Below are positions 27,430-37,100 of a stretch of 64,000 nucleotides of DNA, piece after piece. Each line of letters opens with the position of its first letter. The stretch's first letter is position 1. Below the pieces are notes generated by a model. That model saw only the letters and a list, made by a program, of their open reading frames with translations, did no database searches and was not told where the DNA came from. Position numbers and translations under genes: made by a program. Source of the stretch: Zygnema circumcarinatum SAG 698-1b (taxonomy: Eukaryota > Plantae > Zygnematophyceae); contig CM074817.1 in assembly GCA_037447605.1 (NCBI GenBank), positions 1,488,001-1,552,000 on the forward strand, given 5' to 3'.

Positions 27430-27595
27430 GGCATTGATCTCACAAAGGCGATGCCATCAAATGTACATGGACAAAATTATCAGAGGGAACCACGAGGAAA
27501 TGGTCGCAAAGGAACTAAGGACAAAAGAAAAAAGCCAAGAGCTGAAAGCTATGCCTAGGCTCAACAATGCAGCCCTCCATAGGAGCAGCCACGAA
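27430..27595 (+). repeat. Dispersed repeat, copy 1 (inverted copy at about 54280-54445)
   Basis: GATCTCACAAAGGCGATGCCATCAAATGTACATGGACAAAAT..GCCTAGGCTCAACAA aligns with the reverse complement of 54280-54445; 15 differences across a 108-nt core. Confidence 0.85.
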
Positions 27596-28385
27596 GGTCG
27601 CCGATGTGTGGCACATTGCGCGGAGGCGACGGCAGCAGCCGCAACGGTCGAAAAGGGGGTGTGCGCTACATGTTGCATAGATTTACGGAACCGCAACTGC
27701 AACCGCAAACGCAACTGGGACGCCCGACGATGTCATGATTGCTCGATGACATCATTACTACCACGTGGCACTTGGTTGTACACGTTCGTACATTTTTGTA
27801 CTTTTGTGCTTTTGTACGTTCGTACACGTCCGTACTGTCCGTACTGTTCGTACATCCTAGGTTTCGGCGGGCTTGCGGACCTCATGTGTTTCATTTGTCG
27901 TGTTCTCCAAGTTGGCCGCCGGGCGGGCGGGCTGGCCGCGGCTGCCAACCCGTACCTCCTTAGGTTTGACTTTTGCCAAGTCAGTTATCCTCGACCAAAG
28001 AAATCAACGAAATACACGAAAGAAATACAATATAGGTCCAAAACATCGCCGAAATCGACGAGAAAAGAGTAGAGGCTGTTATTGGAGTGATAGAAGCTAC
28101 CAAGCGATAAAGCCTCTCTAAGCAAACCTTCCAAACTACTCATATAGAGGCTGAACCCCAAGCAGCTGGCTGTCTGGAGAAGCAAGGGTCGTCTGCCCCA
28201 AGCAGGACACTCTTAGCTTCATCGTCTACATCGAGGTAAGTCTATTCAATTCTGGCGAGGACTGAGCCTCTGCAATGAGTCCCCCACCTTAGACGGAGCC
28301 CCCCGTTTTGTAACCGCCCAGTAACCCTAAATTCAAGAAACTCGATGCACAAACCCTAAAATCTCCAAATGTAGGCTCTGACTCT

Positions 28386-31115
28386 TCAGCTGCACAATGT
28401 ACTCGTGAGGGGAACACAGATCTTTAGCCCCACCGTCAAGGCTCTCTTTGTGCATGGGAAACGGTTCAGCTTCCGGAAACTGACCGTTTTGGTGAAGCAT
28501 TTAGACAAACTGGAACATGAATCGCCTTTTTTCACGGTGTAAGATTTGCTCGCCTTGCATTCTGCAGCGGCTCCAAGATCGCCGGCTTCCAGACACACCT
28601 GCAGCAAGGCGAGGGCAGACGCAATTCCTGGTCACAGTCTAGAACACAATTGTTTCTTTCTGCGTCCTCCTCCGCCGCAAAGGCCGACACTTAATCACTT
28701 AATCTACGCCAAACAAATGCAAAGAAACGAAATTTGTTCAAAAAATGCAAACAAACATGGAGTCATGCCCTCCTACGTCCCTACTTTGACCATTGACAAA
28801 GTACCTGCTGGCCAATGGCAGAGCTGCCGCTAGTGGAGAGCATGAGCTTGCCGCAGTACACCCCGGGATTGAGCGTGTAAAACTTCCAAATGCTTCCCGC
28901 AAGATAGTTGCTTATGATAGAGAAGCAAGTTTCGTCCGGCTGGACATCATAAGGCTTCGTGCAGGGGCCCGGATAGACAGGGGAGCCCCTCTGAATGCAG
29001 ACCTGCAGAAACATCCAAACTCACACTTCAGATTCGACGCTTTTCAAAACATGCACCACGTTTGGGACTGTACATGAGTTTACGTGAATAATTTCCGTTA
29101 TTCCTTATCGTGTCCCCTTGGTTACGTAGTCAACAAAGTTTACGCAATTCCATTTTTCAGCGTAGGTAGTACAACTGAACAAATGGTCAATCACAAGAAG
29201 TAGTCGTCCAGGTCATTGTGCAGATCACCTGTACTATACATTTCTATAACATAGGGCTCATGTAGATTAGAGTTTTGTAGTGTTCTTTTCTTCTCATAAG
29301 GATTGATTCTTGTGGTAGTAGGGGTTTGACCCCTTCCAAGTTCACTAACTGTACCTGCTGGAACGGCTGAAGCCGCGAGCAGTCAAAGTCTGGATTGGGA
29401 GACCCGGGGCCATATATAGAGGGAACTTTGAAATGTGTTGCGATTGACTCACACGTATCATCCTGAAGAAAGAAAAAGGTAGGAAAGTCGAATTTCGACT
29501 GCGACGTCAAAAGTTTGCCAGCAGCTGACTCGGAGGACATTTGCAGGGAGGACCTTGAACAGTTAAAAATGGGGTCCCAAGGCACAGAGGCTGACCTCAT
29601 TGACAGCGTAAACCAAAGAGCAATTTTTGAAATTGGTGACATTCACCACCGTATCTCCCGGCAAGGGCAAACCGCAATTCAGATTCTGTGAAGTGGATCA
29701 AAGATTGTGGCACGAATGCAGAAAACGTGAGTTCAATGGCCTCATAGGAGGGGAGCAAAAGACCACCACAGCTTACTCCATTCCGCAAACATGACTACAT
29801 GAGTTACAGAAATTGAGATAAAACTAAGGGAAGTCACCGTTCGCCAGAATTGAGTAGTATCTTGCTGACCTGGTTTTGGGCTTGGAATTCTGTCTTGCTG
29901 ACGCCATACATGTTGTAGATGTCGTAGCAACTCATGTTGGTGCCGGTCGGCACCGAAAAGGTTTTTGGCCCATTTGCCAATGTAGCTGGAAAAACGATAA
30001 TTGCAGCCTTAGAAATGAGCTAGAGAAGAAGTGCAGATTTCACCTCGTTCGAGTATATCCCTATCATTGATGTATTCAAAGCGAAGGCCAAGTATGATTT
30101 GCATAGCTTCTAATAGCAAGTCATCACAGAATAAGGTCATGTTTGACTCGAAACCGTATTTGGAGCACTCAGATATCTCCTTTAATACTTAGAACCCCTG
30201 CTGACACTAGTATGAACAAAACTCCTCATATGCAGCTACTTCATACTACTTCTTTTTCTTACTTATTTTTCTTCTTCTTACTTCTACTTTCTTTTTTTTC
30301 TACTTCATTCAGGTTTTCGCTGCCTGCTTTGTGCCCCCACCTGGCACGCAGGTGAGCGAGCCATCAGGAGAGTCCGGGGCATAGCCGAAGGGGCAAGCGC
30401 ACACGTATGTGCCCATAGGCGAGGCCGCATTCAGGCATGTGCCCACACCGCAGGGGTTGCGGGCAGCAAAGGTGCAGGGGGAGACTGCCCCGAAAAAAAA
30501 AAACAAAAAAACGAAAAAAATCGTTCGTTAAAAAGTATTCAAAGACTTTGTAATGAGTTTAAGAAGTGCAGGGGGAGACTGCCCAGAAATAAATTTAAAA
30601 AAAATATCGTTCGATGAAAAGTATTCAAAGAGTTTGTAATGAGTTCAGGAATTGCAAGATTTCAGGTCGAAGCATTGAACAATGTTTGGCTTTTTACTTA
30701 GATTTGAAAAGTTCTTGTGTGTTGAAAAATCATGGTTGAAAAAATAGTTATCAGAGTGCGCATACAAAGCGGTGGAACAGTTGGCAAACTAAAGGAGGGG
30801 ATAACGCAAACAAGAGAAGCCATTGTTTGCTTCTCATCCGCTAGCAGTCTTTGGCTTTCCATCTCACATTACAAATCGTAAAGATCTGCTCGATGAAGCA
30901 AAAGATCAGATTAGTCAAACGGCAAACTAACTTACTGGGTGCGCATGTTTGGGAGTTGTCAGTGTTGTTCACAGCCACGAATCCTGTGCGACATCGACAC
31001 AAATTTGTGTTTCCGGAAGGAATGCATAGACCATTTCCGCAGGGGTTCATGGCTCCAGGGCCACTCCCACTCAGAACAACAGTTGCATAGCTGCTATAGA
31101 AGCAAGGATCATTGC
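28386..31115 (-). CDS. Mosaic gene: two EGF-like domains and four Cys-rich LysM domains
   Basis: EGF: [23 protein letters not shown] and [26 protein letters not shown]. LysM: [74 protein letters not shown], and a divergent first copy. Confidence 0.85.
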
Positions 31116-34100
31116 CTGCATCCGACCGACCACAAAAAGACACACATAACATTCTCGCTTGCTATCGTGAGCTCATTGAATATGACCTTAAACTTGTTAT
31201 CATCACTAGCCGAGAAGTTAGAGGAGCTCGTCTTCTGCGATTTGAGGATGCGTGACAAGGAAGAACACGTGTAAACGTTTGTTTCGTCGTCTCTATTTTT
31301 AATTAAAAAAGTCAAAACTTGTGAGAGGATATTCACTCACTTAAAGGCTTCACTACCGGCATGAGAGCCGGAAGACTGTTAATTCCGCATATCCCATAAC
31401 CGGCGGATATTTTGAGCCGCATGTAGCCCTGTTCGCCCCAATTTCGACCCCACGAGTTGCGGATGATCCAAAAGGGTGGATCCGCGCTCAAGTCGTATCC
31501 GACCACCACCACGCTGTGATCCACTCCGTTGGAAAAGCACTCGTCATCGTCAAACACTCCCTGCAGCACATCGTATCTCAATTCTGAAAGCAATGAGTGA
31601 TAGAAGGAAAATGACTCAAATTTTTCGTATGTAACATGCAGCATAAGTTATAGTGGCGCCAAATCCTGAGTGCTGAGTGGCTGTGGGAAGGAGGAAATGG
31701 GGCTAAAGCTCTTATCATGATCCAAATAAACGCATATACAGAAAGTCTTCACGTGAGTGCTTACATAAAACCTCCTTCCTGAAGAGGCACGCTATGCAGA
31801 AAATGTCCAACGATTACAAGATTGCAAGGCTATAAATTTGTTTATGGCTTTACTCCGTTGTAATTGATGAAGTTGGGACTGCTCGCTTCAATATTCACAA
31901 TGGCCGGTTGCTGCTGCAGAATGAGCAATAACCCCAACCAGCCGTTGAAGGCTACTTGCTCAAACGATGTGATTTTGAACGTGTTATCACCCTGTAAGCG
32001 ACCCACTCATATTGAATCTGAGATCTCTAAGATAATCAGTTTTAACCATAAAAATGTGCCTTGAAGATAAAATGTTCTTTACAACATTTGAAACAAAGCC
32101 AGTTCTCAATAAAACACACCAAACCCTAATCATCTCTGAAACCTTTTCAGGAAACTTGGAAACAAACTCGGCTCTTTTCTGATTAGCATCAGAGGCACGC
32201 CAAAAATCCCGGACCAAACTTCTATGATGATCTCTGAGTCAAAAACCTATCCGACAATTCAATGGCATCATTTGCTATCTACTTGCCTGCACACAGCTCC
32301 CTTGTCCTGTGAAGTTCGAGTATAAAATAAGGCTTTTGTTGGCGGCATAGTCAAGAGCTTCTTGGGGCCATCCCCCCCCCTCGCAGGTCTTGCCGGAGGG
32401 AGAGCAGGTCAGGACCTGCTGCTCTGCCAGCTGCGGGAGAGGAATCGATCCACCATTGGCAATGAAAATTGCGCTTTCAATGGCAGATATTGGAGCAAAA
32501 ATCCAACAGGTTCCTGCACATAATCCACGTCAGAATAAGACTTCTGATCATTGCAGATGCGGTAAGACCTAAGGTTTGCGTGCAGGTTTACAGAGTGCGT
32601 TTTGTATGGCGAAACGGTTCACGAATGTTTGCTTATTCGTTCGTTTGTTCGTTTTCCAGCTTTCCCAATCGTCTTCTGCCATGCCATCTTCAATGGAAGC
32701 AGCTAAAATAAAAAGAGAGAAAATATTAGAAGCAAAGGAACGAACGAACGAACGAACGAACGCTTGACTTTCAAGTGGTCAAGAAGGAGGGGGGTAATTA
32801 CTGCAGAGAGTCTGATCCTTGATTCCTTGCACGGCTCCCTCTTCAGTCCAGTTCCAAGAAATTGCGACCTGCCAGGATGACTTGCCGCTCTTCCTCCTCA
32901 AATATCCCGTCGTCGCGTATCGGAAGAAACGGTTCAAATATGAGGACTTTTGGATTGGTAGACTCGAGTTTAGGCCAAACCCTCGTCCCCCTACACTTTA
33001 CATAGAAATGTTGTTAACTGAGATCATGATGCACAATATGCATAACGTGATCATGTTGGGTTTTTCTCACTGTGACTATCTCTCCAGCAAAAGAGACAAA
33101 CGTAGATGCTCAACATTGCGGGCAACTTCAGTCACAAACCTGATTCAGCTCCTTCAGACCACAGGATACTAAAAAAAAGCCACAAGCCATGTCCAGAGCA
33201 GAACTAATAATAACAAGAAGAGATTTGAGAATCTCACCAAAAGTGCAAGTGTATGCATCTGCAGAGTTGTCATAGCCTGCATCACAAGCGCAAGTTGGCC
33301 GGCTTCCATTGAAAAAACAGGCCCCATTGCCCCCACATGCACCCTGAGGCTGGCTCGCATTGCAGAAGAAATTGCATGTGGCCGCATCTCTTTGGTCGCT
33401 GCAGGTATCGTTTGAAAAGCAGTTCGTTTCAATGCCAGTGCAGTCCCTTTCCTGGCCGTTCACGGTGATGGAGAATTCTTCCGAAAAGTAGTTGTTGTCG
33501 AAGTAGAAAGCGACGTCTTCAAGTAATCCAAAGTCAAACACCAGTGGTCCTGCGAGAAGGTTGTCTGCTAGCGACCTGCAGAAAGTAGGGTATCTGCTTG
33601 CTTCAGATCACAATGATTCTTTGGGGAGGAGCTACTTAGAGAATATTGGCCGTCTCTTTGTTGTGGTGGGGTTTTTTTTTTTTCTGGTCTGCTAGCTGCT
33701 GTTTGCGAAGGTATGTGAAAGTTGAAGAGTGAAAGACAAGTATCTGCTTCAAAACTGATGGTTTCTTCTTGCTTCCGCCTTGGCCAACACACTAATCCGT
33801 TATCCATGGATTTGCATTCAGAAAAGCACAAAGTTCAGTTCGCCCACATCTGTGTTATGGACTGGAGCCCTCCAAAGGTCGATGGAATATTGCCGGTCAG
33901 TTGATTGTTGCTCAAAATCCTGCCACACGAGAGATACCCATCTCAATTTGGGGTCTCTAGTTGGCCTTTCATTAAATGGTCGAGGTATCCAAGCACATAC
34001 AGATTCAGAACGAAGCTGTTTTCAAGTTCAAGGGAAGTGGTTTTTATTAATATGAATCGTTTCATTTCCGCCACATTTCATTTTCCTTCCGCATCTTTAT

Positions 34101-37100
34101 GTTTGCTGTCGTAGAGCCGTTAGGGAGTTTGGAACGTGATAGGGTCACATACAATTGGCTTCGTACACAATGACTCACAGAATTTGAAGGGCTCTGAGGT
34201 AGCCAATTGACGCAGGAATTGGACCGCTTAGCATGTTGTCGGCAACATTTCTGTACGACCGACAAGCAGCAACTTCAAGCATGAACCATATTCCAAGCGG
34301 ACCACTGCTCAAGTGTAAGATTTTTATAACAAAGAAAACTACAAACCAGGATTTTTTTCTAGCTGATATAGGTCCATTTTTTATTAGGAGAAATGTTTAC
34401 ATATTTTAGCTCTGACACTTCCACAAGCTTAAAAAATGTTTATCAACTATCCCGTGCCTATGTAAGAATTAAAAGATCATTTGGGTGCTATGACCGAGAT
34501 TCTGATTGCTCGGAAACATAGTTGAATCAGCAGTCAGAAGAACTTTTGCTATCGTCCTTCTTCTAATGCAGTCGGTCCGAAAGCCGCTTGAACACACTTC
34601 ACAAATGCTGCTTATAAGGATTTTCATTTTCCAACTACTAAAATATCCTTCCCACAAACCGATTGCTGCAACTAAGACGCAAGTGACTTAGATTGTACCA
34701 TTTGGAGACACGTACTGTCTGTCTCCGTTTTCCCGCAACGTGCACGAAGTATTTCTACAGTGTTGAACTTCTTTACGCATATGTCTACGATGACAGATTA
34801 CAAGTGGATCACAAGTCGGACCAGTGGATCGGCAACCATTGGACAACCACTGGATGGCAATGGGTGTCCCATGGTTCGCAACCATTCAACCAATGGTTGC
34901 CAATCATTTGCACCCACTGGTTCGCAACCAGTCGAGTGGTTGGTCTATTGGTCCGACCTGTTGAGTGGAAGTGTTTTAGCAAGCGTCGATCTGAACTTGT
35001 ATGCTTTCCCGTTTATACAGAATCCAGCGATCAGGAATCACTGGCACTTACAGTTCTTGAAGAGAGGTCAGGTTGCGAAAGGCTGAGGGGAGTCCACCCG
35101 TCAGCTTATTATCTGACAAAATTCTGCGCATCATCCAATGTTAGCAAACCAATTATTTTCAAAAGTTCCTAGAAGTATCTGACAAAATTCTGCGCATCAT
35201 CCAATGTTAGCAAACCAATCATTTTAAAAAGTTTCTAGAAGTATCTGAAAAAATTCAGCGCATCATCCATTGTAAGCAAACCAATCATTTTAAAAAGTTT
35301 CTAGAAGTATCTGACAAAATTCTGCGCATCATCCATTGTAAGCAGACTAATCATTTTCAAAAGTTTCTAGGATTATCTGACAAAATTCTGCGCATCATCC
35401 AATGTTAGCTAGCCAATCATTTTAAGACGTTTCTACAAGTATCTGACAAAATTCTGCGCATCATCCATTGTAAGTAAACCAATCATTTTAAAACGTTTCT
35501 AGAAGTATCTGACAAAATTCTGCGCATCATCCAATGTTAGCAAACCAATCATTTTAAAAAGTTTCTACAAGTATCTGACAAAATTCTGCGCATCATCCAT
35601 TGTAAGCAAACCAATCATTTTGAAAAGTTTCTGAACGAAAGCGAATATACGACTGCAATTTATACTATCAGCACAGGGGAAAAAAAGGTGGTCGAACTAG
35701 CAAAGCCATGGCTTTCTCCAAGTGCAGGTTAGGAGTATTTAGGATCTTTAGGGTTTTTAGTACTTAGGGTTTCCTTCGGCTTTTAGGGTTTTAGAGGCAT
35801 AGCAGATGATCCTAAGAGAGAGGGAAGGAACCATACAGTCTCTTTAACTTTTGAAGTCGACCAATGCTGTCAGGAATGATGCCCATAAAATTGTTGTTCG
35901 ACAAATCCCTGAATCATTTCAAACAACGGAGTATGTGACCTAAGAAACGAATATTCGACATAGAACAAAATAGAAACATCACAAAGACTTTAGATCTCCC
36001 GACAATAATAGGTGTTACAGATGCAATGATCTGCCTGTACGGGTTTCGCATTTCTGGGTTGTACATTGTTCAGAAGTGAGTGCAGGGTCTGATCGAAGTG
36101 GGGCTCCATTGACTGGTGATAGGATTCGTCAAGATTTAATTAACCCGTCATTCTTTTCCATTTATCAACGGAAGTCAAACTCACAATTCCTCCAACGTTG
36201 CTAGGCTGCCAATGGAGGGCGAAATGCTGCCATTCAGTTGGCTTCCACTCAACTTTCTGCCAACACAGCCACTTGCCCTTCAGTTCGCCAAATTGGTGAT
36301 CTTCAACTAGAAGGCAATGCACATTAGTTATTTACATTCAACCACAGGTATTCATTCTCCGTTGAGTATAGATTGATGATTACAAAAATAGCAAATTATA
36401 ATTAGAAAGTGACTCTATTGAGAAAGAGGCTGTCACGGTCTACAACGACTACAAGGATAAAGAGCGATCCGCAACCAATCCTCCGTGGTGCCACGACCGG
36501 AAAACCACTAAATGGAAACTAAGGAAGCAGCTGCATCTGACCTAAAAAATATTTTGATGCAAAAAACGTTATAACTATTTCAATCATAGGACTGCGAGAG
36601 CAAGTGATTCAAGACATCCATCACAGAAAAATGTGAAAGGGGAAATGCAAGATGCTCACATTTTGGTTATTACTTTGGGTGAACCTGTGCAGAATACGCC
36701 CCACCAGCTGCATACGGGATCTTTAGAAGGGTCCCAATTCTTGAGATACTTTTGAGGATTCGTGATGGCCATCTTGAACGCCAAAAGAATGACGGCTGCA
36801 TCATGGCGTTCTCCCAACAATTCAACAGAAAATATGTCTCATCGTCAATTACTTGAGCTTGCTCTCACCATGATCCCACCCGTGCTGCTCGAAAATTCAC
36901 GGAATTGTAAAATCGGCAGGCCGGCGTTTGCAAAGCAGATTCCAGCACCTTCCAACGATTATGGAAAGACTCTTTCAGAGCTGGACTCCACTCACTAAAA
37001 AGAGGTAAAATGGGTTCAGTTACAGTATTTGCCCACAGTCCCAAATACAAGTCAAAAATATGCAATCAGAGTGAAACTACTCCGTGTCCCCATTGCGAGT

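Noticed and set aside
27451-27558. Conserved 35-aa micropeptide (MPSNVHGQN..SYA) shared with the 54.3-kb copy
   Set aside because: Start, stop and length match, but about 13 of 15 nucleotide differences are non-synonymous, so there is no sign of purifying selection; this fits a neutral repeat.
34638-34665. Additional LRR exon (SNRFVGRIF) in the long intron
   Set aside because: It hits a stop after about 9 codons, has no donor at 72 nt, and the frame is complete without it.
35110-35633. CRISPR-like regularly spaced repeat
   Set aside because: The units are contiguous 66-bp near-identical copies with no unique spacers, inside a eukaryotic intron with no cas genes; it is a minisatellite.
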